Shown piece by piece: positions 15,407-31,705 of a DNA stretch of 64,000 nt. Under the pieces are notes generated by a model, which was given only the letters and a program-made list of their open reading frames with translations, was not told the DNA's origin and made no database searches. The first letter of the stretch is position 1. Each line of letters begins with the position of its first letter. Both the position numbers and the translations under genes were made by a program. Source of the DNA: the human T2T-CHM13v2.0 reference genome, Homo sapiens; the NCBI RefSeq assembly GCF_009914755.1, contig NC_060932.1. One strand, given 5' to 3'.

Positions 15407-15715
15407 GGCTGGGTGCAGTGACTCATGCCTGTAATCCCAGCACTTTGGGAGGCCAAGCCAGGAGGATCACTTGAGCCCAGGAGTTTGAGACTAGCCTAGG
15501 CAAAATAGTAAGACCCCTGTCTCAACAACAACAACAAAATTAGCAGGGCATGATGGCATGCACCTATGATCTCAGCTACTCACTACTCAGGAGGCTGAGG
15601 TGGGAGGATTACTTGAGTCTGGGAGGTTGAGGCTGCAGTGAGCCATGACCATTCCACTGCACTTCAGCCTGTGACAAAGTGAGACCCCTGTCTCAAAAAA
15701 AAAAAAAAAAAAGAA
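15407..15715 (+). mobile_element. AluJ
   Basis: ggatcacttgagcccaggagtttgagac, poly-A tail. Confidence 0.9.
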
Positions 15716-16327
15716 AAAGAAAATTGACATGATTGTACTGAAAACTTTGTGGATTTTCAGAATTTATGTTTGTATTTCCTACCACAGCAATGCTTCAGAG
15801 ACTGGTGGGATCAGGATACATCCTTCTGTGTACTTGTCTTTCATTTAATTATGGCCAAGGTCAAACTTGCTGAAATTGAACAGGAAGGCAAGCCATAGTC
15901 AAGGACTAAGAGTATAAACATTAAGTTGTAAGCAGAAGACTTAATGAGAAAAAAGACTCATGGAACAGTGGAGGAATATTACTAAATGGAAGCAGTTACC
16001 TTAAAGGAGCGCTGTGATAGGAAGGCCAAAGGAGTGCATGAGCAGGTAAGCAGATCTCCTCTAGGTTCCTCTCCTCCCTCTGTCCACATAGGCGAAAGAT
16101 GTTTTTGAGGCTGCAGGATTATTAGCTTCAATGATAGTGCCAACCACAAGATAATAGGGAAGGTTTCTAAAGAGTACTCTGATATAGGTAAAACAAGCCA
16201 AGTGTGCGGGAAATTGTAACTCCAGTAGCTGAGTTTAATAAGGGAAAAAAAAACTATTGAAAACTTGAAAATGCATTTGTCTCTGAGAACAAGGGGTCAA
16301 CTGCATGCATTAAGAACAGCAATATCC

Positions 16328-16645
16328 GATGAAGCTGGAAGCCATCATTCGCAGCAAACTAACACGGGAACAGAAAACCAAACACTGCCTGTTCTCATTC
16401 ATAAGTGGGAGTTGAACAACAAGAACACATGGATAGAGGGAGGGGAACATCACACACTGGGGCCTGTCTGGGGGTCGGGGGCAAGGGGAGGGAGAGCAAT
16501 AGGACAAATACCTAATGCATGCAGGGCTTAAAACCTAGATGATAGGTTGATAGGTACAGCAAACCACCATGGCACATGTATACCTATGTAACAAACTTGC
16601 ACGTTCTGCACATGTATCCCAGAACTTAAAGTTTAAAAAAAAAAG
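16328..16645 (+). mobile_element. L1PA 3' end (5'-truncated)
   Basis: gatgaagctggaagccatcattc...gtatcccagaacttaaag plus poly-A; aatatcc on both flanks. Confidence 0.9.
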
Positions 16646-17849
16646 AATATCCAAGCTGACCTGCCCACCCACCCACTGAGCAGCCGACACACAGGCAAAG
16701 CTGAGACATGGAGCAGCAGCACATGAAGCAAATGCACTGCACTTTTGTGAACTAACTCCTGACAGAGATTTACAAATAATGTTGGCTAAATGAATCAGTC
16801 AGGCAAGAATAGGATACTTCTTTCTTGTTCCATTGGAATAACTCTATGGAAGGTTTTAAGTGGGCAGAATTTGAAAGTATCATATCTATATTCAAATAAA
16901 GGGAAAATCTACAGAATTCTTGTGTACCTGGTATGGGTTAAAATGTGCTTCCTGAGCCTGAATTAAAGTTTTGCATTGTATATTCTTCTATACTACATGT
17001 GTGTATAACCAGCAAAGAGAAAAATGGTTTAATAATTGACTGTATTAGTACTCCTTTACAACTTTAAGGAGTAATGCTAAGGAAAACTAACTTCAATTTA
17101 TCCTCTCTGGACTCATCGGTCTAAGGGGAAGGATAAATAGCCCAGTCTAAGGAGAAGAATAAATATGTATATTCTCTCCATATACGATATCAAGTCTTTC
17201 CAGAAAGATGGTCCTACGCTTAAGCCCAGGTATTTCAGGGAAAATATATAAGTATAATCATCTTAGGGGCTTTCAGATGTAGGTTCAGAGGAAGCACTAA
17301 TTCCGATCATAAGAGGGGCTTCTTGGACCAACAACAGAGTTGGACAAGCAAGGATCCAGTTTATGAATTGTGATATATTTTTTGTTGTTAGACACAGAGG
17401 ACTAAAGATATCCTCTGGGGTGAATTTACCTCCCCCTTAGTGTGTGTTTAGAGTAACATGGCAGAAAGGAGGAGTTGTGGCTTGAATTTGAAATGCGGAT
17501 ACCAAGTAGGGTTGATAATAGGACATGAAACAGAAACTTATGGAATAGTCCCCATACCACCACAATTATAAATGGGAAACTGTACAATGACCCAGAAGAA
17601 GGGATTGAAATCATGAATGGGGTTTGAGAGTGAGAGGAACTGGGTAATCCATCCAACTTACTAGCCCTTAAATCACCAACTTGTTGAATATGAAGACAGT
17701 TCCTGCATATTTATTGTGGAAGGTTGGAAGCTAAATGAGTTTGTGCCAACTACAATTGTTCTGGATCTGAAATCGTGTCTAATATGAGGATGATATTTTA
17801 AATCTTAACTGAATGAGATCACTGACCAGGAAAATATATTCTTTTCTTT

Positions 17850-18910
17850 ATTTTCCAGTGTTTAATTTTTAAGTAGGTAATTTATTCATAAATTTTAAAA
17901 TTCAAAACAAATAAAAGAACAGATAATGAAAATTATTCATTCTATCCCTGTTTGTTCCCCAGCCACTCATTTACTTTTCCTCAGGGACACCACCCTTATC
18001 AATTTCTCAGTATTCCATCAGAGATTTATTATACTTAACACTATACTTGTGTTATATGAGCAAACACTCATTATTCTTACCTTTTTTGCATAAATGGTAA
18101 TATATTACACATACTGTTCAGCACCTTGCTTTAATAACATATGTATCTTAAAAAACATTCCAATTCAATACATAAAAAGTGTCTCTGTTATTTTTAAATG
18201 ACTGTGCATTGTGCTATTGTATGAATGTACCTTTCTATATTTAATTTGTTTCATATTGATTGACATTTAAGTTGCTTTTTTTTTTTTTTTTTTTTGAGAC
18301 GAGGTCTCACTCTTGTCCCCCAGGCTGGAGTGCAATGGTGTGATCTCGGCTCACTGAAATCTCTGCCTCCCAAGTTCAAGCGATTCTCCTGCCTCAGCCC
18401 CCCACTGAGTAGCTGGGATTACAGGTGCGCCTGCCACCATGCCCGGCTAGTTTTGGTATTTTCAATAGAGATGGGGTTTCACCATGTTGGCCAGGCTGGT
18501 CTTGAACTCTTGACCTCAGGTGATCCACCCGCCTCAGCCTCCCAAAGTGTTGGGATTACAGGCGTGAGACACTGCACCCGGCCTGGTCTTTTATTATTAC
18601 AATTATAATGCTTCAATGAATATTCTTCTATATATATCATTTTACATAGTGCAAATAAATCTGTAAAATAAATTCCTAGAAAGGGAAATGTGGGCCATAG
18701 TACAAATGCACTGTAATTTTGATAACTATTGCCAAATTACATCCCATAGAAGTTGTAAGAATTTGTATTCCCTCCATCTTTAACATAATTTTATTAAATG
18801 TTTTGATATCACTAGTCTTATATATTAAAAAATAGGATCTCAGATTGGCTGTAATTTGCATTTCTCTCATTATGAGTGAGATTATCTTTTCATATGTATG
18901 ACAATACTTG
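17850..18910 (-). mobile_element. Old L1 (L1ME-like) interrupted by an Alu
   Basis: L1M antisense motifs (gataactattgccaaatt, taatttgcatttctctcattatgagtgag). Confidence 0.65.
18276..18585 (-). mobile_element. AluSx-like
   Basis: Antisense Alu with poly-T. Confidence 0.93.
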
Positions 18911-20378
18911 TATGTCTGTTGCCAGGACACATTAGGCCTTCCACGTAAAAATAAATGTGTATATATATATTATTCTCATTCAGGTTATAGGAACACTTTT
19001 CCAGTTAAAGCAGCAAGGCAGTATCAACAATGTGTAGTCTGGTGCAGAATGTTGTTCAAATACACAGAATCTCTGATCCCAATATATCTGCTTAGGAAAT
19101 AAACTTCACAATTACTATTGTCTATTAATGGGTTCATAATATGAATATGTATAAAATGAAACTTTTATTTGTCCTCATCTTCAAGCAATGGATGTAATGG
19201 GACTATGGAATGGATTAAAATTCTCCCCACTCTAAAATGTTAGCAGGTTTGAGTCTATTACTAGAACCTTTCTTTGGGGTCCTGTCTTATAGATCCTTCC
19301 TATATGCTGCTATCTCTGTAGTCACTTGCCTCCTACCAGATAAGACCAAGGAATAGAAAAAAATTAAGTGGAGGAAATAAATTTAATCTGTAATTCCCAC
19401 CACCCTCCCACTGCAGGTGTATTTTGTCATAACCATGGAGGTACTACTATATAAGACTCGAACGTTTCTTTGTTGAAGCCCAAGTGGAGGAAGTAAAAGT
19501 GAAGCTTACTTATTTAGTACATTCATACAAAAAAAAAACTCATAGAAATTGAAACAAAAACCTCAGAAAAAATAATAATTAAACATATAAAATTTCTTAT
19601 TGATTAAACCAAATCAAGGACTTATGACTTTTCATTCATCAAAAATATTAAGTAAAAATGAAAATTTCCTTTGACCATACAGAAGACAAGAAATAGCTTA
19701 ATTATACAAAAAGAAGTAATGCTTTAGAGCCCAAGAAAAATATAATTTTATACCCCCAAATTACTGGATATTAAGAAATTTTACTTGACAAAAAGTTTAC
19801 TTTTCTGGTTTGGATCCTTAATCCTGTTCCTTATAGTGATAAGCTACTATGATCATGGCTGTCATTATGACTTAATTGACCCAAATTTCCCTGGCTACAA
19901 ATAATTATAGGACATGGAAAGAAAACCCATTCCTCTTTAAAGCATATCTGGAAACTACTCATGAGGATTTCTGGAGAAATGAAGAAAACTCAGCTCCCAT
20001 GCCAGAAACCAACTATGGGTTTTAATCTGAATTACATCTAATCACATACCTGCACAGCATATATAGGTGGAAACTGAGCTTTATAGAAGTGGCATAGTTA
20101 CTGGGTAAGCGCATCTATGAGGATAAACAAATGTTAATGTTAATTGGTGTGTATAGCACCTAAGTCAACCTCAAGGTGCCTAATATGAAGACAGAATTAT
20201 AAAGTACACTAGATCTCGTCCAACTGTGCCTAACTATAAATTATTTCTATTAACAGACATAATATTTAGTAAGAATTTGCTAGTACCCTGAGTGATAGTG
20301 AATTCAAAATGAATTCCATTTTAAAATAATCTCAAGTCAAGTAAATAATCAGTCTAATATAATTGAAATAACAAATGG

Positions 20379-20678
20379 GGCCAGGTGCAGTGGCTCATGC
20401 CTGTAATCCCAGCACTTTGGGAGGCCAAGGCGGGTGAATCATTCAAGGTCAGGAGTTCAAGACCAGCCTGACCAACGTGGCAAACCCTGCCTCTACCAAA
20501 AATACAAAAATTAGCCAGGTGTGGAAGTGTACACTTGTGGTCCCAGCTACTTGGGAGGCTGAGGTAGAAGGATCCCTTGAACCCAGGAGGCAGGAGTTGC
20601 AGTGAGCCATGATCATACTACTGCACTCCAGCCTGGGCGACAGAGTAAGACCATGCCTCAAAAATAAATAAATAAATA
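20379..20678 (+). mobile_element. AluS-like with TSD aaataacaaatggg
   Basis: Full Alu dimer; TSD on both sides. Confidence 0.93.
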
Positions 20679-20714
20679 ACAAATGGGAAAGTACATAGAC
20701 GTTTTAAGAATAAG

Positions 20715-21016
20715 ATCCTGGGAGAGGAGACAAGGCAATGTGAGTACGGAAAGAAGACAGAATGATACAGCAGTGCTGGCTTTGAAGATGGAGTAAGAGC
20801 CACCAGCCAAGGAATGTGCACAGCCTGCAGAAGCTGGTGGCTCTCCTCTAGAGCCATGAGAAGGAACACAGCCTTCAATGTGCCAACACCATGATCTTAG
20901 CGCAGTATGACCCATTTCAAACTTCCAACCTCCAGAACTGTAAATAGTGAATTTGTGTGGTTTTCCTCTGCTATTACTGTGGTAATTTATTACAACAGCA
21001 GTAGAGAACTACTACA
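20715..21016 (+). mobile_element. MaLR LTR fragment (MLT1C/D-like)
   Basis: gccaaggaatg...agaagctgg...ctctagagcc...ccagaactgtaa...cagcagtagagaactactaca. Confidence 0.75.
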
Positions 21017-21239
21017 AAACCTTCAGGAGGGGTAAAACAGCACAGGCTTCATCGACTCATGCATTCACTTCAATAATACAGAAAATTGTCCAAGGTAAAG
21101 CATTGTGTTGTGTTCCCTGCTGGGAATGAGGTAGGGAGGCACTGAGATGAAAGTTGTGCCTGGTGCCCATGAAGGTAGGTAATAGACATGCAGAAAGAGC
21201 AGGGAGAGGTGGAACCCAGAGTGGGACCAAGAATGAGGG

Positions 21240-21362
21240 ACTGAGCTGGCAAGGTGGCTCAGCTTGTGATCCCAGCACTTTGGAAGGCCAAGGCCAGAGG
21301 ATCGCTTGAGCCCAAGTATTCAAGACCAGCCTGGCAACACAGTGAAACCCCTCACTCTAAAC
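21240..21362 (+). mobile_element. FLAM (free left Alu monomer)
   Basis: Single monomer cccagcactttggaaggcc...gatcgcttgagccc...accagcctgg. Confidence 0.75.
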
Positions 21363-21739
21363 GAGCGAGAGAGAAAAAATAAGGGACAATGAGTCACATT
21401 AAGTCCTCTTTGGCCAAAAATATTGCAGTGAGGGTCTGTTTCATCCCTTCTCTCCCATCTCAGAGAAATGGAGGTTACTGCTAGTCTCACCTGCATTCTG
21501 GATTCAGTTTCAGGACCTTTCCTCCAGTGATAAATGTGCAGTGCCTTAGGGGAACCTCAGCCAAAGCTATAAACTTCAACTGGCCACCACAAGAGTGTGC
21601 ATGTGAGGTGACTGCATTTTTTCCCCCTGCCAAACCAGAAATAGCCAGTATAGGAATCAACCAGCATGAAGATTGGAAATTGCTCCGATTGGAAGGAAGC
21701 CCAGGTTAGGTTTGGGCGCCTCCAAAAGCTCCCTTTTTA

Positions 21740-23589
<1,850 letters not shown>

Positions 23590-23615
23590 CCGAACTGTGT
23601 TAAGAAATCTACATG

Positions 23616-23898
23616 GGCCGGGGCGCTGTGGCTCACACTAGTAATCCCAGCACTATGGGAGGCCGAGGCAGCCGGATCACGAGATCAGGAGATCAAGACC
23701 ATTCTGGCTAACATAGTGAAACCCTTTCTCTACTAAAAATACAAAAAATTAGCCAGGCGTGGTGGCACACACCTGTGGTCCCAGCTACTCGGGAGGCTGA
23801 GCAGGAGAATTGCTTGAACTCAGTAGGCAGAGGTTGCAGTGAGCCCAGACAGCGCCATTGCACTCCAGCCTGGGCGACAGAGCAAGACTCTGTTTCAA

Positions 23899-23953
<55 letters not shown>

Positions 23954-23962
23954 GGAAAAGAA
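23616..23962 (+). mobile_element. AluSc/Y-like with (AAT)n tail
   Basis: gatcacgagatcaggagatc; TSD aagaaatctacatg at 23602-23615 and 23963-23976; (AAT)n at ~23899-23950. Confidence 0.93.
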
Positions 23963-24439
23963 AAGAAATCTACATGGAGCTAAATCATCTTGGGATATGA
24001 AATTTACCTGGTTTTCACTGAAGCCGTCTAATCTTTAAAAATTCCATGAAATAAAGAACTAGGTGAAATTGACATAAATGTTCTCAATGACTGGAACACA
24101 TAAGAATGAGTCGGCTTAGCTTCAGGGACAGTAAGGTTATGGAAATCAATGAGCATTGCCTTAGTGTGATTTGAAACGTCTGAGTCAGTCCACATTTAAT
24201 TGCAGGTCAGACTTTGCCCATGTTCAAGAGACAGAGGCTGTTAATTGCTTAGAAAGAGCTAATGAAAGAATAAAACATGGTTTAATGGACTTACAGAATT
24301 ACAAAGCAGTGTTTCAAAATAAATCATGATATATAGTTCACAATTCATATATAAAGAAGAACCAATAATAGCTACATAGCTAATAATACATTGCCACCCA
24401 AGATTGTGCCTTTAGTTATGGAGTATGATTTTTCCCCTT

Positions 24440-24950
24440 TTTTATTAAAGCATAACATGTCTGCAGAAAAGTGCAAAAATTCTAAGTATACACTTTGAGG
24501 AAGCATCATGGATGGAACACATCTGTGTAACTACCACTTGGGTCAAGAAATAAAATGACTACTAACCCTGAAGGCCTCCTCATGTTCATCCCAATTTCTA
24601 GTGTCTCCTTCCTCTGCAAAGACAATCAGACTGCTAACAGTACAGATTACTTTTATGTGGTTTTGAACTTTAGAAATGCTGTTATACACCCGGTATTCTT
24701 TTGTATCTGGTCTCTTTTGTTCAATATTAATTTTGTGTGTTTCTTCCATGTTGTATCATGTTTTTGTAGTTTGTTCATACCATTTAAATTATGTTTAATT
24801 TATTAAAATAGAGATGGGGTCTCAATATGTTGCCCAGACTAGTCTCAGACTCCTGGACTCAAGCAATCCTCCTGCCTTGGTTTCCCAAAGTGCCAGGATT
24901 ACAGGCATAAGCCACTGTATTCAGCCTGTTTATTTCATTTTAAGGTATAA
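24440..24950 (-). mobile_element. L1ME-like fragment with FLAM (~24810-24930)
   Basis: L1ME antisense motifs and an antisense Alu monomer. Confidence 0.6.
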
Positions 24951-26149
24951 TTTTATCAACAGCATTTCAAATACGTATAAAGAAGTGAGGTCTGCTGAGA
25001 ATGGTATAACAGCCACTTGTGAGCTTCAGGAGTTCTAGTTCATTTTTTTCTTCCCATAGCCTGTCCCATTTACCAACACTATGCTTATATATACACTAGT
25101 TCTCAGTGAGTGGTTTTATGCCTCTGGCTGGGAGTCTCAAATCATGGTCACTGCAGCACAGACAGAGAAATATGGCCTTGCTCTAAGAGAATAATATTGT
25201 ATATTCAACTACTCCTCTGTCTGTACAAAAAGACAGCAATTCTAGCAATTGCTCAATAATAAATGGCAACTCAATTAATGCATCTAATGTTAATATCAGA
25301 GGACCACACCTTTAAGGTCATAGTGTAACTTTTGTAGCTAGAGGAAAAAGTTGCTTTTCAGAATGAAATATTAATAGTAGCGTTTGGCAGAAACTTCTGA
25401 AAGTTGAAAGTATAACACTTAGTCTCAATAGGTTGAGAAAAACCAGACTGGCTTCAGTTTGTAAGTCATCTTAATTTGTATCTCAAATTAATATAAAATG
25501 GAGAGGCCATAGAGGTGGATGTTAATCAAACACAGCAGTGAAATGAATATCTTAGACAAATTTATAGCCAATGGAAAACTTGTGAATGGAGGACCCTAGA
25601 CTGCTGTGGAAAAAGCATTCTTGCCTAGCAACTCACAGCCTGGCTGGGTTTGGGCTGGGTGCCTATTTTTAGTTGTCTTCTGTTACTGAGCCGGATGAAT
25701 ACTGCCCCTTCTTTCAGTTTGCTTTGGATAATGGCCAAATGCCAAAATCTACTATTCCTTAAATAGCATAGCTCCCGTCTGTTCACAGTCAACAAGAAGA
25801 AATTAAGATGTAGAATATGCTTGGTCTCTTGGTCATTCCTGCCTAATAAGACTGAGAGAGATTTGAACTATTTGTCACATGACTTTGTCTTATTTTTTGA
25901 ACATATGGAATTGGTAAGCTGTCATTAAAAGTGTATGATGCAGCAAGGCTGAATCCACGTTTTCCCTAGGAAAGAATTTATATAACTTATAGCAAGGAAA
26001 TGAGACAAAAGCACAGGATATTCTGTAGTCTTTCTATCTTGCATGGTATCTTGAGAAATTTCACATGTAGCTATTTTGTCTTCTCTCTACTAAAGAATAG
26101 AAGATCCTGTATCACTGCCTCAAGTAAGAAGGGAAAAATAGTCATTGGC

Positions 26150-26550
26150 TGTTGTAGGGTCAATTTTCTCTAGGTTATGCTAGAGTAACAAACAGCTCCA
26201 AAATATCAGTAACTTACCATAACAAGGTTTATTTCTTGTTCATATTAAATGTTGCCTGAAGGTCCACTGTCTCTGCTCTCTGTGTCTTCTCTGTAGTAAG
26301 TTCCAGGCTAAAGGAGAAGCCCATAGTGGGAGTATGCCATTCTCATAGCAGAGGGAAGGGAACAATGACTGAATCTTACAATTGTTTATAACTTTTCTGT
26401 TCAGACATGGCATACATCACATAAGCTCACATTCCATTGGCTAAAGCAAGTTATGACAAGTTTGACAGCCAAAGAGCAGAAAGAATAGTGCCCTTACACG
26501 GAGGACTACCAAGAAGAAGCCTAGTGGACAAGGGCCTTATGGAGTCACCA
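26150..26550 (-). mobile_element. Old MaLR LTR (MLT1J/K-like)
   Basis: taggttatgctagagtaacaaac...aggtttatttcttgttca...ctcacattccattggctaaagcaag. Confidence 0.6.
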
Positions 26551-26554
26551 GTGA

Positions 26555-26875
26555 GGACATGGATGGAGATGGGGCCATTATCCTTTGCAAACTAATGCAG
26601 GAACAGAAAACCAGATACTGCATGTTCTCACTTATAAGTGGGAGCTAAATGATGAGAACTCATGGGGAACAAATATACACTGGGGCATATCAGAGGGTGG
26701 AGGGTGGGAGGAGGGAGCGGATCAGGAAAAAGAACTACTGGGTACTAGGCTTAATACCTGGGTGACGAAATAATCTGTACAACAAACCCCCATGACAAAA
26801 GTTTACCTATGTAACAAAGCTGCACTTGTATCCCTGAACTTAATATAAGGTAAACAAAAAACACACACACAAAAA
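26555..26875 (+). mobile_element. Older L1PA 3' end
   Basis: catgttctcacttataagtgggagctaaatgatgagaac...aatctgtacaacaaacccccatgaca. Confidence 0.88.
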
Positions 26876-27158
26876 GAAATCCAATGTTTACAGTTAAAAA
26901 AAAAACACAATTCACCAGAGCTAATATCCCTATTAATCACCTTGAGTATGAAAGAAAGAGATAGTGGATCTCAAGTGGGAGATACTGTGTTGGGAACATA
27001 TCCATAAAATTGAATGGTAAAAGATCTTTTTTGCCTACCACTCACCTTCTGAAACAGGGGTTGATGTAAGGACATTTTAATTGAATTCTGATTAAATTTC
27101 TAAATCAGTTTAAGGAGAATAAGCTCACTAAGCAGAATCCCAAGAAACCTGTGAGGAG

Positions 27159-27593
<435 letters not shown>

Positions 27594-29049
27594 TTACATC
27601 CTTCCCTAAATAAATAACTTGGGAATTAATTTGGACCCTTACAAGAAGCAAACACTAAACATACTTCTAAAAAAACATCCCCTTATGTAATATTATCCTT
27701 GGCAGAATATTTTCACATCCTCAGGCTCTAGGCCTTACTCTTAAAACTACAAATTCCAACAAAGAAATGTATCTCACGTTCCATTTTGTCCCAATTCCCT
27801 TGAAAAGGACTCACTTGTCTTGTGACTCATGTGTTCACCATAAACAAATCAACTATGCCTTGGTATTGGGGTGAGGTCAGAGTCATAGAAACACATACCA
27901 GCTTCCATGGAACCATGTAAATGGCAAGAGGCTGTACCCCTAAATAGTGCCAAGAGGCCAATCCCACAGATGACCAAGGCAACCACTCCCACCTTTGAAC
28001 TTGATGCTTGTTGCTGGCCTTCCAGCTTGACTCTTGGTTCTTTTTAAAGGAGTTTTCTCAGAGGCCCTTTTGTGTTTCTTCCTGTGCTGGGTTGCCTCAA
28101 ATGAAATAAATAGCCCTAGAAGTGATTCCTGGAGATCCAGCCCCATGGGCTTGGCCAGGGTCCTCATATGATGACTCACCTATTCCTTGTGGTGAACAAT
28201 TTAAAAAATACTCCAAACCATTTAATGTATTAAGATATCAACACTAGGACACGTGGTCCAATATATTCATTAGTGCATTAATGCATGCATTCATTCAGCA
28301 AGTGTTTCTTGAGCACTTTAATACCGCAGACACTTAGCTAGACGAATTATGATTCCTGTGAATATATAGAAGATGTGACCTCATTCTCATGGTCATTACC
28401 ACAAGATCAATGTATCTTACTCGTTTGGAAATGCCAAGTCCTAATGTTGGAGAAGTGACTGTGAACCTGGCCTAACAACTCACTTATTCTTGTGTAGTCA
28501 TTTGGAATAACCTTTATAATAAATTAATTTTGAAAACTTATATCAAGTCATAAAAATGTTTGCAAAATGGACCTAGTGATTTGTATTTAAGATTTATTAA
28601 GGAAAACACACACAGAAGGTATTAATTATGCCCCTATATTTAGTTTGTAAAAAAAAGAAAAACTAGAACACCTGACTGTATACAAATGAATGTTAAGAAA
28701 TTTGTAGTGTATCAATCAAATAAAATAGTATGCATGTTTTAAAATGATATGTATGAATATGAGAAATTTTTATGTCAAGTGGTAAAACAAAAATACAACT
28801 AATCAAATCACCATGATAGATATTATTTAAAATTTGATATAAGACCCAAATAGAAAGACAAACAAAAATATAGTCGTGTTTACCATTGTCATGTTCAATC
28901 ATAATATGCGTAATCATATTGTACCCTTAAGTGACATTTTGGAAAGCATCAGGTCAAATAATATATACTTTTCAAGTACATTGATTTATTTTGGCTTTGT
29001 ACCTTTTTACAACATGTCAATATATTTTTGGTGGTGGTGATAATGTAAT

Positions 29050-29480
29050 TAACCACCATATAAGATAAAGCCATATGAGCTGCTATAATAAATTTTCATA
29101 AAAGTGTATATTAGCTCAAATACAGTAGAAGTTTATTTGTTGCTCATATAACGGCCCAACTCAAGTGTTCCGGTTGGTGGGATGATCTCTCCACACGGTT
29201 GTCACAGGGTCAGGCTGTTGACCACTCTGCTATCTTCAGGAGCAAGACTGTGTTTGTAGCTGCCATCTCAGTTAGCCATGAAGAGAAAAGACCACGGTGG
29301 AACATGTGGTTGAGTGTTTTAAGTGGCAAAGCTCACTCATCAGTTTTGCTCATATTTTACCTAACTTTCAGGTATTTGGCCATATTTAATTGAAAAGATG
29401 CCAGGAAATAAAGATTCACTGTTTGCCCAGGAAGAGGAGAAAACTAATTTTATTAAAGATCTAGCAATCTCTGCCCAAAC
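29050..29480 (-). mobile_element. Old MaLR LTR (MLT1-type)
   Basis: agaagtttatttgttgctca...gcccaggaagaggagaaaac...ctagcaatctctgccca. Confidence 0.55.
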
Positions 29481-29679
29481 CCAAAGTTTTTCAGTTCCAG
29501 ATAGTGGTTCCTTTATGCATTTTCTTGATAGCTGGGTGTGAAACAATCAATTGTGAACTGAATTGTGATGAGAGGTAACACAGAGAACTCAATATGTTCC
29601 AGGCACTGTTTTAAAAATACATATAAATATCCAATTCTCACAACTTTATGAGGTAATATCATTGTTCTTTTTATTATTT

Positions 29680-29992
29680 TATTTTATATTATTTTATTTT
29701 ATTTTATTTTAGAGACAGAGTCTCCCTCTGTCACCCAGGCTGGAGTACAATGGCATGATCTCAGCCTACTGCAGCTTCCACTTCCTGGATTCAAGTGATT
29801 GCCCTGCCTCAGCCTCCCTAGTAGCTGGGATTACAGGCATGCACCACCACACCCAGCTAATTTGTATATTTTTATTAGAGACGGGGTTTTGCCACATTGG
29901 CCAGGCTGGACTCATAATTCTCACCTCAAGTGATCCACCCTCCTCGACCTCCCAAAGTGCTGCTATTACAGGTGTAAGCCACTTGCTCGGCC
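29680..29992 (-). mobile_element. Alu (AluS/J) inside a MIR
   Basis: Antisense Alu with (TTTTA)n tail. Confidence 0.9.
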
Positions 29993-30021
29993 TTATTCTT
30001 TTTATAAAGACAGAAATTCCA

Positions 30022-30488
30022 TGTGTCAGAGACCCAACAGGAAACACCCAAAAGTGGCAACTTACGAAGTTTAATAAAGGAACTGCTTATTAAAACATAA
30101 GCAAGGTTAAAGTTGACACTAAATGGATGGTAAAGCACCCAAGGACTATCAGCGCTGGGAGTCTTTACAACTCTGGGTCTGAAGAGGCAAGAGACAGGAG
30201 CAGGAACTTTGGGAACCACAGGTGAAGGAGAAGGCTGCCTGGTGAGACAGCCTTTGGCTGAGGAACTTGGGTATTGCCAACCAATAGAATGGTGAGAAGA
30301 AATCAAAGGGGTAAAATCCTACATCTCACTCTCCTTCCACCCTGTAATTTCATCCTAGTATCTTAGCCACAAGCTGGAGGACAAATGAGCCCATTGATAT
30401 AGGTCATCAGGTCTGTCTCAGAAGCACAGAGTATTGTGAAGAACCATGGCAAGATGATCTGGAGCAGTAAACAGAATCTATCCAACAT
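30022..30488 (-). mobile_element. ERVL LTR (LTR33-like) inside a MIR
   Basis: gacccaacaggaaaca...agtttaataaagg...gatctggagcagtaaacagaatctatccaaca; MIR resumes with ctgggattcaaac. Confidence 0.6.
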
Positions 30489-30646
30489 GCTGGTGTTCAG
30501 TAGCTTACCTGTTATCCAGATTATGTAGAGAAACTGGGATTCAAACATGGGCAGTCTGCCTCCAGGGACCTTGAATTTCATCATTATGCCACACTGCCCT
30601 TAGTAATGTGACTTTAATAATAGACTTTTCAAATTTATAAAGGATT

Positions 30647-30654
<8 letters not shown>

Positions 30655-30682
<28 letters not shown>

Positions 30683-30769
30683 TGGACTCTCACTCTTACA
30701 TCCAGACTGGAGTGCAGTGGCGCAATCTCGGCTCACTGCAACCCCCAACTCTCGTGTTCAAGTGATTCT
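30655..30769 (-). mobile_element. Severely 5'-truncated Alu
   Basis: Poly-T plus the 3' ~90 bp of the right monomer; TSD gattt(g/a)cctttt. Confidence 0.85.
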
Positions 30770-30889
30770 GATTTACCTTTTTATCTTTAAATTGGGGCAG
30801 GTCCAAGATATTCTGATAATAAAAACTCCCTGACTTACTGTGAACCTATATGCTTTCTTAAGTGAAAGAGAAATGGAGTTAGGCTAAAA

Positions 30890-31705
30890 GTGGAAGTACT
30901 GTATGATTTCAACTATAAGGCATTCTGCAAAAGGCAAAGCCATGGAGACAGTAAAAAGATCAGTGGTTGCTAGGGGCTTGAAGGAAAGGAAGAAATGATG
31001 AATAAGTGGAGCACAGAGAATGTTTAGGGCAGTGAAACTATTCTATATGATACTGTAATGGTGGATACATGTTATTATAGAATGAACTCTAAACTACTAC
31101 ACCCTTTAGTTGATAATAATGTAAAAATATTGGCTCATCAAATGTAACGAATGTGCCAAACTAATGCAAAGTGTTAACAACAGGTGAAACTAGGTGGGTG
31201 GTGACAGACTGTATGGAAACACTACTTTTTGTTCAATTTTTCTGTAAACCTAAATCAACTCTAAAAAAAATAAAGTGTAACGATCTTAAAAATGGATACA
31301 ATTGGGGTCATTACGTTAAGTGAAAAAAAACACAGAAAGACAAACATCAGATTTTTTCACTTATCTATGGGATCTAAATATCAAAACAATTGAACTCATG
31401 AAATACAGAACAGAAAGATGGTTATCAGAGGCTGGGAAGGGTGGAGGGGAATTGAGGAGAAGGTAGGGATGGTTAATGGGTACAAAAAATAGTTAGAAAC
31501 AATGAATAAGACCTGGTATTTGAAAGCACAACAGGGTGACTATAGTCAGTAATAATTTAATTGTGTATTAAAAACTAACTAAAAGAATATAATTAGATTG
31601 TAACAGAAAGAATAAGTGCTTGAGAGGATAGATACTCCATTTTTCCATGATGTGATTAAAAACTATGTACCCACAATAATTTTTTAATTATAAATAAATA
31701 AAGGA
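30890..31705 (+). mobile_element. Two adjacent L1 3' ends (L1MC-like ~30890-31280, L1MA-like ~31290-31705)
   Basis: aaaggcaaagccatggagacagtaaaaagatcagtggttgc; gaataagacctggtatttga...gcacaacagggtgactatagtc. Confidence 0.8.

Noticed and set aside
17119-17166. Short tandem duplication gtctaagg.gaag.ataaata
   Set aside because: Ordinary small duplication with no further structure.
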